In this document: positions 19,200-29,556 of the stretch, one piece after another
How the letters are laid out: every line of letters starts with the position of its first letter
How positions within the stretch are numbered: position 1 is the first letter of the stretch
Assembly: GCA_025362635.1 (NCBI GenBank)
Contig: JANYFO010000161.1
Location: forward strand, 1-57,722
DNA: 57,722 bases
Direction of reading: 5' to 3'
Source of the DNA: Gemmatimonadaceae bacterium
GTDB lineage: Bacteria; Gemmatimonadota; Gemmatimonadetes; Gemmatimonadales; Gemmatimonadaceae
Position numbers and translations under genes: made by a program
The notes under the pieces: model-generated
The model's input: the letters and a program-made list of their open reading frames with translations, nothing else
Databases searched by the model: none
What the model was told of the DNA's origin: nothing

Positions 19200-20774
19200 C
19201 TACTGAGTGGGTTGCTTACGTGCATTTGTTGACGCACTTTTTTCGTTCTTCGTTGCACCCGCAGCACCGTCGGATTTTTGCAGATCTGGAAAGGTGTCGT
19301 GTATTTGCGGTGTAATTTCTGCGCCTGGTGATCCTCTGAGCGTCGCGAGATAACGAGAGACCTCTTCAATTTCTTGGTGACTAAGTACGGGTGACCCGAA
19401 CGCGGCCATTCGAGAATTCGGATGGAAGCGACGGGGTTCTTCGATGAAGCTGTGTAGCCACGCCGTGGTGTGGTGCGCCCCGATTTGCATGAGTGCTGGA
19501 CCTTCATCGCCTCCCTTGTTCATTACGACGTGGCATCCCAAACATTGGCGTTGAAACAGTGCACGTCCCGCGCGTTCGGCTGAGCTCAGCTGCCGCCCTG
19601 TTTCTGGCGCAATCGTGGGTTGTACGTCTCGTACGGCCGCTCCAACAAGAAGCGCGGAGCCGCCGAGCAAAACGGAGAGCGCAGCGAGACTGCCGGGCCG
19701 ATGGAGAAGATTTCGACGGCTGCCGCGATCAAAAAACGGCAGACCGAGTAGCGCGATTACGAGTAGTAGCGGGACACCGACTGCAATAGTGCTTTCCATC
19801 GAGCCCGGAAACAGCTTTAGCAACTGATAAAAGGGGAGAAAGTACCATTCAGGATGCGGGATGTACGAAGAGTCACTCGGATCGGCTGGAGGCTCGAGCG
19901 GCGCGCCAACGGTCACCGCCAAGATCAGTACAGCGAGCGCCACGACGAGCGACGTGATGACGTCCTTGGCAATGATGTCGGGCCAAAATCGTACGCCCGT
20001 ATGTTTTGACGCTGCGTACGCGGTGCCGTAGTACGCTGGATATACCGGGTCGCTTGTCCGCTTCGGCGCCTTGTCCTCGAGCACGTCAGTACGAGGCGCA
20101 ATGCCTTGCCGTACTACAAGCATGAGGTGGAGCAGTAAGAGCGCGGCGAACAACACCGGCAGCCACAGCACATGGAACGCGTAAAACCGCGTAAGCGTCG
20201 CTGCGCCGAGTTGTGAGCCACCTTTCAGCATTTTGGCCATCGCGCCGCCTATCCATGGCGTTGTGCCCGCGATGCTCGTACCGACCTGTGTCGCCCAATA
20301 CGCCTTCTGATCCCACGGCAAAAGTGAGCCGGTAAATCCGAAACCAAGTACGAGAAAGAACAGTCCTACGCCAAAGAGCCAGTTGGCTTCGCGCGGATAT
20401 TTGTACGCACCCATGCTGAAGACGCGGATCATATGCGCCAGCACAAACACGACCATCAAACTCGCGCCCCAGCGATGCATTGCACGCAGCAATACGCCGG
20501 CGTTTACCTCGCGCTGCACATACTGAATGCTTTCGTATGCATGGTCTGGCGTAGGTGCGTAGAACGTGGCAAGCACGAGGCCCGTGACCACTTGAATAAG
20601 AAAAGCAGTCATGGCGGCACTTCCCAGCGTGTGCCACCACGTCAACCGATCTGGAACTTCGCGGTCTAAGAGCGTGCGCCGAATGCCGACCACGTCAATG
20701 CGTTGGTCAAGCCAGCCGCGTTTCACCGATGACGTCGCGGAGTCGTTCGATAAAGGTGGAACTACATCGCTCAT
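19200..20774 (-). CDS. Cytochrome b (b6 + subunit IV-like) fused to a C-terminal cytochrome c
   Basis: Four heme-b His (MHRWGAS..AHM; FH..LH), LPWDQKAYWA, PEWY, CLGCH with downstream Met. Confidence 0.92.
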   Translation of the reverse strand: MSDVVPPLSNDSATSSVKRGWLDQRIDVVGIRRTLLDREVPDRLTWWHTLGSAAMTAFLIQVVTGLVLATFYAPTPDHAYESIQYVQREVNAGVLLRAMHRWGASLMVVFVLAHMIRVFSMGAYKYPREANWLFGVGLFFLVLGFGFTGSLLPWDQKAYWATQVGTSIAGTTPWIGGAMAKMLKGGSQLGAATLTRFYAFHVLWLPVLFAALLLLHLMLVVRQGIAPRTDVLEDKAPKRTSDPVYPAYYGTAYAASKHTGVRFWPDIIAKDVITSLVVALAVLILAVTVGAPLEPPADPSDSSYIPHPEWYFLPFYQLLKLFPGSMESTIAVGVPLLLVIALLGLPFFDRGSRRNLLHRPGSLAALSVLLGGSALLVGAAVRDVQPTIAPETGRQLSSAERAGRALFQRQCLGCHVVMNKGGDEGPALMQIGAHHTTAWLHSFIEEPRRFHPNSRMAAFGSPVLSHQEIEEVSRYLATLRGSPGAEITPQIHDTFPDLQKSDGAAGATKNEKSASTNARKQPTQ

Positions 20775-21304
20775 GTCTCGACCTTTTCAGGAACGCCACT
20801 GCGAAACGTCTGGTAAATGACGTGCAGTTCTCCGTTCTCTACTTTGACCGGGAGCGTGTCGAGTGCGCGGGGTGGTGGGCCGCCGATCACGGCTCCTGTT
20901 TTCATGTCGAACAGTCCGTGGTGACACGGACAGTGATAGCGCGATTTGTCGGCGTCGAAGTTGTAGCCGCATCCGAGATGCGTGCAAATGCCGCTATAGG
21001 CGGTGAATTTTGCGCCGTCTTCGGTATACAACCACACTGATCGTAAAGCGCGACTTTCCACCCACGCATCATTCGCAACTTCAACAAAGTCGACTTTGAT
21101 GGGAACGCCTACGTCGAGCGTGCTGATATCATCAGCGACCTTCACCCAACTTTTCGGTGACACCTTGCGTAACGCTGGGGCTAAAAATGCCGCGAGCGCT
21201 GGAGTTCCAATCACCGTGGCAGCGATTGCGGCACCGATCCCACTCGCCCACGTAAGAAACCGGCGTCTGCGCATCACATCGTGGTCGGGTAGTGCATCAG
21301 ACAT
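20771..21304 (-). CDS. Rieske 2Fe-2S subunit
   Basis: RRRFL Tat anchor, CTHLGC and CPCHHG boxes, GPPPRAL; ATGA overlap with cytochrome b. Confidence 0.93.
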   Translation of the reverse strand: MSDALPDHDVMRRRRFLTWASGIGAAIAATVIGTPALAAFLAPALRKVSPKSWVKVADDISTLDVGVPIKVDFVEVANDAWVESRALRSVWLYTEDGAKFTAYSGICTHLGCGYNFDADKSRYHCPCHHGLFDMKTGAVIGGPPPRALDTLPVKVENGELHVIYQTFRSGVPEKVET

Positions 21305-21356
21305 TGCGCATAGTCTCGAGAAAGGTGAGTACAACAAGGGAGCGCGACCGGTTGCA

Positions 21357-24300
21357 TCATGGCGTTGATGCTGCGACCACTTTGAGTGATGGGGCCGATG
21401 CAAGCACACCAACGGCCGAGCGTTTTCGCACATCGTTCGCAAGCGCCCACTGCTTCCAGAGTGAGTAAATCGCGGGGATGACTAAGAGCGTGAGTGCGGA
21501 GCTTGAGATCATTCCACCAACCATTGGTGCAGCGATGCGCTTCATGACACTGGCACCCGCTCCGTTCCCCCAAAGAATCGGAAGCAGCCCAGCCATAATC
21601 GCCGTAACGGTCATCATTTTCGGTCGTACGCGTTCAACGGCGCCTTCCATTACCGCGGCGTACAGATCGTTAACGTCAGCGTTTTCTCGGGCTGCCTGTT
21701 TGGCCTTCCACGCTTGGTCGAGATAAATCAGCATCACGACGCCCGTCTCGGCCGCCACACCATTAAGTGCGATGAAGCCAATCGCCACCGCGACAGACCA
21801 GTTGTAACCAAGCAACCAGACGAACCAAATGCCGCCAACTAACGCGAATGGGAGCGAGAGCATGACGATGAGCGTCTCGCCAATACTCTTGAAGTTGAAA
21901 TAGAGCAGTAGAAAAATGATGGCCAACGTTGCCGGGATCACGAGCATCATCTTAGCCTGCGCGCGCTGCATGTACTCGTACTGACCACTCCATACCATGC
22001 TGTATCCCGCGGGCATCGTGACCGCGCGCGCAACTTCGCGCTGGGCCTCCGCGACATAGCCGCCGATGTCGCGTCCGACGACATCGACATACACCCACGC
22101 CGTTGGCACTGCGCCTTCCGTGCGAACCACCATCGGACCAGAAACTTGTTTGATGGTGGCAACTTGCCCGAGCGGCACTTGAGCAACATTGCCCGCCATG
22201 GCAGAACCACCCATCGCACCGCTCGCTGGCCGCGCGGGCATCGCGCCACGTCCGACATCGGCACCTCCAGCACCATGGCTGACGGGCACGAGTACCGCAG
22301 CGAGTCGCTCTGGCGTGTCACGCAACTCCAAGGGATAGCGGACACGCACGCCATAGCGTTCGCGTCCTTCCACTGTTTGCGTAATCGTCATTCCACCAAT
22401 CGCGGTAGCGATCACGGCCTGTACATCACCGACGTTCAATCCATGTCGCGCTGCGGCGACGCGATCAATATCGATGTCGAGGTAATATCCGCTGGCCGCT
22501 CGTTCGGCGAACGCACTTCGCGTTCCCGGCACCGTTTGTACCGATTTTTCGACCTCTTTCCCGATGCGTTCCAACTCAGTGAGATCCGGACCGAAGATCT
22601 TGATGCCAACGGGTGTTCGAATGCCAGTGGCCAGCATGTCGATGCGACCTTTGATTGGCATGGTCCAGGCATTCGTGACACCGGGCATTCGTGTTGCCGA
22701 GTCCATTGCGCCCAGCAAGCGATCGTAGGTCATGCCACGCCGCCATGTGTCGACCGGACGGAGCGTGATGGTGGTCTCGAACATGTCGAGACCTGCGGGA
22801 TCGGTCGCGGTGTTTGCGCGACCCGCTTTGCCCCAGACGTGATCCACCTCGGGGAACGACTTTAAAATGGAGTCTTGTATCCGAAGGATTTCGCGGTCGC
22901 GCGCAACACTCGCACCAGGCAGTGTCGTTGGCATAAACAGAATGGTGCCTTCTTCGAGCGGCGGCATGAATTCGCTTCCGACCGAGGCCCACGGAATCCA
23001 CGTGAGCACCAATACCACACCCGCTATTCCGATTACGGGCCAGCGGTGTCGCAGCACGAACGTGATCAACGGTCGATAAGCGCGAATCAACCAGCGGTTG
23101 ACTGGGTTGGCCTGCTCACGCCAAATGCGGCCGCGAATAAAGACACCCATCGTCACCGGCACTAACGTCACGCTGAGCAGACTCGCCGCCGCCATGGCGA
23201 ATGTTTTCGTGTATGCGAGCGGCTTGAATAGTCGCCCTTCCTGGCCTTCCAACGCGAAGACGGGAAGGAAGCTCACCGTGATAATGAGCAACGAGAAAAA
23301 AAGTGCGGGGCCGACTTCCTGCGCGCTTTCCACGACCACACGCCAGCGCTCGATCGTTGTGAGCACACTCGCATCGAGCGTGCGCGCGTTCGATGTAAGC
23401 CCGCTTGCGCGCTCCTTCGCCGTGATTGCGCGCTCAAGGTGCTTGTGCATGTTCTCAATCATGACGATTGCCGCGTCGATCATCGCACCGATCGCGATCG
23501 CGATGCCACCTAACGACATGATGTCGGCGCCAACTCCTACCCACCGCATGGCGATGAACGCGATGAGGATACCGATCGGCAGCGTGAGAATTGCCACGAG
23601 TGCAGAACGTGCATGCAGTAAAAAAATCACACACACAAACGCGACGATGAGGCTTTCTTCGAGCAACTTGCCGCGCAGCGTTTCAATGGCGCGTTCGATC
23701 AGATCGGAGCGATCATATACGGGGCGCACAACGACGCCGGGTGGTAGCCCCTGTTGCACCAGTGCGAGTTTGGCCTTCACGTTCTTGATGGTTTCAAGCG
23801 CGTTTTGTCCAAAGCGCATGACGACGATTGCGCCAACCGCATCTCCGCGCCCATCGAGCTCCGCAACGCCCCGCCGAACGCCCGGACCGATCGTCACTCG
23901 GCCCAGTTCTGCGATGCGGACTGGCGTGCCGTTCGGTGTTGCACCGACAACGACGTTTTCAATGTCGCTCAAGTTTTTCAGATAGCCCAGACCACGCACC
24001 ATGTACTCACGTTCGGACAATTCCATGACCATAGCGCCGATGTCGCTATTCGCACTTTGCAGCGCACTCATCACGCGCGTTACAGGAATGCGAAACGCCA
24101 ACAACTTTGCTGGATCGAGATCGATCTGATACTGCTTCTCAAATCCGCCGATGGTTGCAACTTCAGAAACACCCGGCACCGCAGTCAACGCGTAGCGGAG
24201 ATACCAATCCTGCAAGCTCCGCAATTGCGCCAAATTGAGACGGCCTGTCGTGTCTTCGAGTGCGTACTGATACACCCATCCCAGTCCAGTCGCGTCAGGA

Positions 24301-24689
24301 CCCAGCGTGGGCGTCACCACCGTTGGAAGTTTTCCTTTCAGGCCGTTCAAATACTCCAGCACGCGCGAGCGCGCCCAATACAAGTCTGTGCCGTCTTCAA
24401 AGATCACGTAGACGAACGACACACCGAAGAACGAATAGCCGCGGACGGTGCGAGCGCCGGGCACTTTCAGCATCTCTGCCGCCACGGGATACGTGACTTG
24501 ATCCTCAACGATGCGTGGCGCTTGCTCGCTGTATTCGGTTTGCACAATGACTTGCACGTCGGACAGATCTGGCAGCGCTTCAAGTGGTGTGCGTCGTATC
24601 GCCCACGTGCCGCCGACAATTGCTGCGAACGTGAAGAGAAACACCAGCAACTTGTTGTCGACGGACCACGCGATGATGCGCTTCAGCAT
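21357..24689 (-). CDS. cusA: CusA-type HME-RND Cu(I)/Ag(I) efflux permease
   Basis: ALPDLSDVQVI, GPDATGLGWVYQY, EFMPPL.EG..LFMP, AVERVRPKMMT. Confidence 0.95.
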   Translation of the reverse strand: MLKRIIAWSVDNKLLVFLFTFAAIVGGTWAIRRTPLEALPDLSDVQVIVQTEYSEQAPRIVEDQVTYPVAAEMLKVPGARTVRGYSFFGVSFVYVIFEDGTDLYWARSRVLEYLNGLKGKLPTVVTPTLGPDATGLGWVYQYALEDTTGRLNLAQLRSLQDWYLRYALTAVPGVSEVATIGGFEKQYQIDLDPAKLLAFRIPVTRVMSALQSANSDIGAMVMELSEREYMVRGLGYLKNLSDIENVVVGATPNGTPVRIAELGRVTIGPGVRRGVAELDGRGDAVGAIVVMRFGQNALETIKNVKAKLALVQQGLPPGVVVRPVYDRSDLIERAIETLRGKLLEESLIVAFVCVIFLLHARSALVAILTLPIGILIAFIAMRWVGVGADIMSLGGIAIAIGAMIDAAIVMIENMHKHLERAITAKERASGLTSNARTLDASVLTTIERWRVVVESAQEVGPALFFSLLIITVSFLPVFALEGQEGRLFKPLAYTKTFAMAAASLLSVTLVPVTMGVFIRGRIWREQANPVNRWLIRAYRPLITFVLRHRWPVIGIAGVVLVLTWIPWASVGSEFMPPLEEGTILFMPTTLPGASVARDREILRIQDSILKSFPEVDHVWGKAGRANTATDPAGLDMFETTITLRPVDTWRRGMTYDRLLGAMDSATRMPGVTNAWTMPIKGRIDMLATGIRTPVGIKIFGPDLTELERIGKEVEKSVQTVPGTRSAFAERAASGYYLDIDIDRVAAARHGLNVGDVQAVIATAIGGMTITQTVEGRERYGVRVRYPLELRDTPERLAAVLVPVSHGAGGADVGRGAMPARPASGAMGGSAMAGNVAQVPLGQVATIKQVSGPMVVRTEGAVPTAWVYVDVVGRDIGGYVAEAQREVARAVTMPAGYSMVWSGQYEYMQRAQAKMMLVIPATLAIIFLLLYFNFKSIGETLIVMLSLPFALVGGIWFVWLLGYNWSVAVAIGFIALNGVAAETGVVMLIYLDQAWKAKQAARENADVNDLYAAVMEGAVERVRPKMMTVTAIMAGLLPILWGNGAGASVMKRIAAPMVGGMISSSALTLLVIPAIYSLWKQWALANDVRKRSAVGVLASAPSLKVVAASTP

Positions 24690-24700
24690 GTCGTTCGCTC

Positions 24701-25975
24701 CTACCGCGCAGGCGGAGCGGGCGTGTTGCCCTTCGGCGTGTTGCCCTTCGGCGCGACCAACTTCGGCGGAGCGGGGGCGGCGATCTGCATGCCCGGCATG
24801 TTGCCCATGCCGCCAATTGCCGAACCGAGATTCGATTCTGCATCGACGAGGAATGTCGCCGAGGCGACCACGGATTCTCCCGCACGTAGCCCGCGAAGAA
24901 TTTGGATCCGCGTTTCGTTCGCTGTGCCAACAACAACTTCTCGCGGCGTCAGCGCTCCCTCTGCGCCATGCACGAAAACCAAATCGCGCGTGCCCGTTGA
25001 TAGCAGCGCGGCACGCGGGAGATTAAGCACGTTCGCACCGTTCGCGCTTTCGACACGAATAGTGGCGTACATTCCCGGTTTGAGCGCAAAGTCCCGATTG
25101 GCCATTGCCACTCGAATGCGCGCTGTTCGCGTATCAGCGTTAATGGTCGGATAGATGTAGGTGATGCGGCCGGTCCGCGTTGCACCAGGAATTGCTTGAA
25201 ACTCAGCGTGTACTACTTGGCGGGCATGAACCGTGGCGAGATCACGTTCAAACACTTCGCCTTCAATCCAGACAACACTGAGATCTGCCACTTTATAGAG
25301 CGCGTCTCCGGCCATGACTTTTTGCCCAGACAGCACATTTTTTTCGACGACCACTCCACTCACCGGCGCACGCAGCACTACGGACTTTTGAATTTGTCCC
25401 GTCTGCTCAATCCGCTCTATATCAGTCGCCGAGATATCCCAGTATTGCAGACGTTTGCGGGCGGCGTCACGAAGCGCGGTCGCGTTGCGTTGCGCCTCGG
25501 TTGTTGCACCGGCAACATCCTTCTGCAGCTGAGCCGCCAGCAGCAACTCCTGTTGCGCGGCGACGAGCATCGGCGAGTAAATAGACAGCAGCGGATCGCC
25601 CGCGCGAACCGATTGACCCGTGTAGTTCACGAAGAGTTCGTCGATCCATCCGTCGAGTTTTGGTGCAATCACGCGGACACGCGTTTCGTCGTAATTGACC
25701 TGCGCGACTGTGCGTACCTCGGTCACGAGCGCGCTCATGACGGCCGTGGTGTATGTCACGCCGATGCGCTGGGCCTGGTCGCGCGTAAGCATCACCGGTT
25801 GCGCTCCCTTGGTTGGCGCTGCTGCGTCGCCGTCCAGAGTGGCAGCGGTAACGATGGGACGCCTTGTCGCGAACCAGGCAAAAAGCGCGGCGGCGGCCAA
25901 CGCGAGTACGATTACGATGGCGATTGTCGCGCGTGAAACACGCGATGACTGTGCGCTGCCAAATGGATCAGTCAT
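24701..25975 (-). CDS. cusB: CusB-type periplasmic adaptor (MFP)
   Basis: GWIDEL, YSPMLVAAQQE, LKPGMY, FLVDAES; between cusC and cusA. Confidence 0.9.
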   Translation of the reverse strand: MTDPFGSAQSSRVSRATIAIVIVLALAAAALFAWFATRRPIVTAATLDGDAAAPTKGAQPVMLTRDQAQRIGVTYTTAVMSALVTEVRTVAQVNYDETRVRVIAPKLDGWIDELFVNYTGQSVRAGDPLLSIYSPMLVAAQQELLLAAQLQKDVAGATTEAQRNATALRDAARKRLQYWDISATDIERIEQTGQIQKSVVLRAPVSGVVVEKNVLSGQKVMAGDALYKVADLSVVWIEGEVFERDLATVHARQVVHAEFQAIPGATRTGRITYIYPTINADTRTARIRVAMANRDFALKPGMYATIRVESANGANVLNLPRAALLSTGTRDLVFVHGAEGALTPREVVVGTANETRIQILRGLRAGESVVASATFLVDAESNLGSAIGGMGNMPGMQIAAPAPPKLVAPKGNTPKGNTPAPPAR

Positions 25976-27378
25976 TACTCGCGACCCGGTAGCAGAATGG
26001 GCGCTGCGTGCGCGTCGAATAATTGGCGTCCAATAAGCATTTCTAGGTCCGCAAATGTTTTCCCTTGCTCGGCGTCGAGAACGAAGAGCTCTTGCTGATA
26101 CCGATTCACCGTCATTTGGTTGTCCAGCAGTGTCATTAAATTCACCTGCCCCACGCGGTACGCGGCGAGTGATGAGCCAACCGCCGCCTGTGCTTGCGGA
26201 ATGATCGTACTGCGATAGAGTCGGCCAAGGTTTCGTGCACGCACAACGGTTGCATACCGTTCGGCCACGAGAGCGCGTGTCTGCGCGCGCATCGACTGCA
26301 GTTCCGCGCGCACCATGGCGTTCATTGCTTGGGACTCTTCGCGCATTTTGAGCTGCCGACTTCTCGCGAAGACGGGTAGCGTTGCACCAAGCATCAGACT
26401 TCCCATACGCTCGCGCTGCATCACGCCGGCGCGTTCGCCGTATTGAATACCGACCTGCAGATCGGGCCAGATCTCTTTCGCCGCCAGTTTCGTCGCGGCA
26501 TCAGCGGCGCGGACGTCTGCAAGACCAGCACGAATCATCGGACGATTCTGATCAGCGAGCGCCATCAGAGAATCGAGTGTCGGCAGCGTCGCGGGAAAAT
26601 TTGGCAACTGGGGAGACGCGAGCGTGGAGTCGGGCACGCGATCCAACAGTCCGGCAATCATGGCGGTGGCGGCGACACGCATCGTACGCATGCGCACGAT
26701 GTCCTCTGACATTTTTGCAGATTCCACATGCGCCTTGAGTACATCAGATTGGCGCCCATCGCCGACTGCATACATGGTCTGTGCGGTCGAGGCGATGTTT
26801 TCAAGCAACCGCTGCGTTGTAATGGCGACCACCAGCGAGCGGTCCGCTTGAAAGAGGTCATAAAATGCCATGGCGACACGGCTGCGGACCTCCCACCGCA
26901 CGTCAGCTACGCGCTCACCTGCGGCATCCGCCTGCGCGGACGACACGCGTCCGGCCAGCGTTAGTTTGCCCGCGACCGGCACCATTTGCATGAATTGCAA
27001 TTGCGTCATGCCCAGCGGATCCATCGGCGCCAGTGACGGAAGCGAACGATTCATCAAGCCGAGCTGTAGCTGTGGGTCTGGTGGCCGCTTCGTGCCCGGC
27101 ACACGAGCCGCCGCTGCTCGCGCAATCGCTCGGGCCGCCGTGATCTGCGGATTTCGTTGCTCGACAATATCGTATAGCGTTCCAAGTCGGAGCGCCGTTG
27201 TGTCATCCTGTGCGGAGGGCACACGAATAAAGGTTGTGTCGATCTGCGCAGGTGCGGCTTGCGCAACAGAAACCGTGCAAAATGTCGTACAGATTGCCAC
27301 AAAAATGATTCGACTTCCACGTGACTCCCATTCACGGAGACAAGTGACGGAGGAACAGTTGCTCGCGCGTCGAATCAT
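25975..27378 (-). CDS. cusC: CusC/TolC-type outer-membrane factor
   Basis: PDPQLQLG..N, OEP helical repeats, Met-rich loops; stop overlaps the cusB start. Confidence 0.85.
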   Translation of the reverse strand: MIRRASNCSSVTCLREWESRGSRIIFVAICTTFCTVSVAQAAPAQIDTTFIRVPSAQDDTTALRLGTLYDIVEQRNPQITAARAIARAAAARVPGTKRPPDPQLQLGLMNRSLPSLAPMDPLGMTQLQFMQMVPVAGKLTLAGRVSSAQADAAGERVADVRWEVRSRVAMAFYDLFQADRSLVVAITTQRLLENIASTAQTMYAVGDGRQSDVLKAHVESAKMSEDIVRMRTMRVAATAMIAGLLDRVPDSTLASPQLPNFPATLPTLDSLMALADQNRPMIRAGLADVRAADAATKLAAKEIWPDLQVGIQYGERAGVMQRERMGSLMLGATLPVFARSRQLKMREESQAMNAMVRAELQSMRAQTRALVAERYATVVRARNLGRLYRSTIIPQAQAAVGSSLAAYRVGQVNLMTLLDNQMTVNRYQQELFVLDAEQGKTFADLEMLIGRQLFDAHAAPILLPGRE

Positions 27379-27667
27379 ATAATCTGCTTAGCCCGCGTTG
27401 TGTGCGTACAATGGCGAGCGTCACCATCCCATCGAATGCGGAAGATTGCGGACGCTGACCGGGCACAGGCAGACTCGGAAAGTACCTAGTCTAGGCTGTG
27501 CTGGAAAACGGTGCTCTCCCAGTGAATGTGCGTGTCGCTTCGCTCTGGTGGAGTCGGTGAAAGGCTGAACTGCTGTGCGGGATTTCCTGACGTGACGCGC
27601 GTTTGGTACGCACGAGCGAGCACGCAGAGCGCCTTCCTGTCCGCTAGGTATCGGTATCTCGAACACA

Positions 27668-29083
27668 ATGGGGAAACGCATCGCGCCATTCACAGCGACA
27701 GGAAAATCCGTCGCATTCTCCCTCGTGCATTTAGTGCGTCTGCTCTGGATTCGTCGCCAATTATCCAAGCGTGACCGCTGGACGCGGGATGCCTTGCGTA
27801 CTCATCAAGGAGATGCGCTGCGCGAGATGCGTGCGCACGCGTACGCGCACTCACCGTTCTATCAGCGGTTTCATGCGGGATTGACGGATGTACCGTTGCA
27901 CAAATTGCCGGTACTCACCAAAAAGAAGTTGATGGAGCATTGGAATGATGTGGTGACAGATCGATCTCTGACGCTCGAAGAACTTCGGACGTTTATCGAG
28001 GGTCTCGATGTCCCTCGACTCTTTCGCAATGAATACGTGGCGGCCACGACGTCAGGGAGCACCGGTCTGAAAGGCGTCTTCGCATTCAATCGCGAGGAGT
28101 GGTTGTGGGGTGTTGCGTCGCATGCACGCGCGACCACGTGGGCTGGCGCACGAGTTGGACCGCTGCATCGGTTACGGATGGCGATCGTGAGCTCCACGAA
28201 AGCGTGGTGCAAATCGTTGCTCGTCGGCGCATCGGTGGACACGTCCATTCTACCGACCTTGCGATTGGATTCAACGGAATCGCTTCACGTCATCGTGGAG
28301 CGGCTGAATGTGTTTCAACCGGATATTCTCGTCGCGTACGCCGAAACAGCGAATGCGCTGGCGCTCAAGCAACTCAGCCACGACTTACATATTTCGCCGC
28401 GTATGGTGTTCGCGTCGTCCGAAGTCTTCACCGCGAGCGCACGGAAACGTATTACCGCCGCGTGGGGCAGTCAGCCGTTCAACGCCTATGCCGCGACCGA
28501 AACGGCGCTTATTGCTGCGGATTGTGCGCACCACCGGATGCATCTCGCCGAAGATCTGATCATCGCAGAGATCGTCGACGGCGAGAATAATCCGGTGCCG
28601 ATCGGCACCTATGGAGAAAAGGTGCTCGTGACTGTGTTATTCAGTCGAACAGTGCCGCTGATCCGATATGAGCTCAGTGATCGTGTGGCATTGGCAGACC
28701 TACCGACCCCATGTGAATGCGGCAAACCGTTCGCCGTGTTGGCGGGCATTCAGGGAAGAGTGGAGGACACAATGTTCTTACAAGGTGATGGCGGCGATCC
28801 GGTGGCAATCACCCCCGACATCTTTCATGATGTGCTTGAACCCGCACCGGTGGACGGATGGCAAGTGGTGCAGGAAAACGCGACCAGCATCGTCGCCTTG
28901 ATCGTGGGACCACAGCGCGGGTATGACGAACGTACGTTGAAGGAACAGGTCAGACTGCGCTTACGCGAACAAGGCGCGCACGATCCGGGCGTGCAGGTTC
29001 GCATCCTAGAAAAGCTGCGACAATCACTGACTGGCAAGACGCCGTTGGTTCAAGCGTTGCCACATCACACGGAGCAACATTGA
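27668..29083 (+). CDS. Phenylacetate-CoA ligase-like adenylate-forming enzyme
   Basis: TTSGSTG P-loop, YAATET, PLIRYELSD, GRVED. Confidence 0.85.
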   Translation: MGKRIAPFTATGKSVAFSLVHLVRLLWIRRQLSKRDRWTRDALRTHQGDALREMRAHAYAHSPFYQRFHAGLTDVPLHKLPVLTKKKLMEHWNDVVTDRSLTLEELRTFIEGLDVPRLFRNEYVAATTSGSTGLKGVFAFNREEWLWGVASHARATTWAGARVGPLHRLRMAIVSSTKAWCKSLLVGASVDTSILPTLRLDSTESLHVIVERLNVFQPDILVAYAETANALALKQLSHDLHISPRMVFASSEVFTASARKRITAAWGSQPFNAYAATETALIAADCAHHRMHLAEDLIIAEIVDGENNPVPIGTYGEKVLVTVLFSRTVPLIRYELSDRVALADLPTPCECGKPFAVLAGIQGRVEDTMFLQGDGGDPVAITPDIFHDVLEPAPVDGWQVVQENATSIVALIVGPQRGYDERTLKEQVRLRLREQGAHDPGVQVRILEKLRQSLTGKTPLVQALPHHTEQH

Positions 29084-29103
29084 ACGATTTTTTTCGTCCG
29101 ACG

Positions 29104-29556
29104 ATGAGGGCGACTCAAAGTGCACGCGTCGCTTCGTGGTTAATGAGCGCCTGCGGGATTTGGTTGATTGCACTGGGCGTCTACTTCATATTTGTGCGGC
29201 CGCCGCTCTTGCCGGAAGACGCGCGCTTCATGGGCGGCACGGACGCGCAAATTCACGCAGTTGTGCCCGGTTTAACGAAGTGGCTCACGCGCGTGTTCAC
29301 CGTCATGGGCGGCTTTATAACCAGCGCAGGCGTGCTCACCGTGTTCGTGGCGAGAGTGGCAATGCCGTTGCGATTGCGATACACGTCATGGACCATTGCA
29401 CTCGCTGGCGTAGTCAGTGTCGCACTGATGGCGGCCACAAACTTTGCGATCCATTCTGATTTCAGATGGATCCTGTTGATTCCATTCCTGATCTGGCTCG
29501 TGGGTTTCGGGATATACGTAGGTTTTGCGCAACCTCATGCGACGGCGGAACGATAA
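29104..29556 (+). CDS. Hypothetical 4-TM membrane protein
   Basis: Four hydrophobic segments, RPPLLPED; operonic position; start 29080 or 29104. Confidence 0.65.
   Translation: MRATQSARVASWLMSACGIWLIALGVYFIFVRPPLLPEDARFMGGTDAQIHAVVPGLTKWLTRVFTVMGGFITSAGVLTVFVARVAMPLRLRYTSWTIALAGVVSVALMAATNFAIHSDFRWILLIPFLIWLVGFGIYVGFAQPHATAER

Noticed and set aside
19139-19507. N-terminal extension of the Cyc2-like ORF to 520 aa
   Set aside because: It overlaps the cytochrome b/c gene in another frame; the RBS and signal peptide support ATG 19138.
24721-24750. 15-bp tandem duplication at the cusB 3' end (PKGNT x2)
   Set aside because: Low-complexity disordered tail; unlikely to be functional.
23754-25154. 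466-aa + strand ORF and many other long antisense ORFs (e.g. 1156-2244, 41317-42231, 40055-41188)
   Set aside because: Shadow ORFs opposite well-supported genes in GC-rich DNA; no recognisable motifs.
27380-27667. Possible cobalamin or other riboswitch in the cusC/PaaK-like gap
   Set aside because: Only isolated fragments (CACTGGGA, CTGCC); no ordered B12-box architecture visible. An Rfam scan would settle it.
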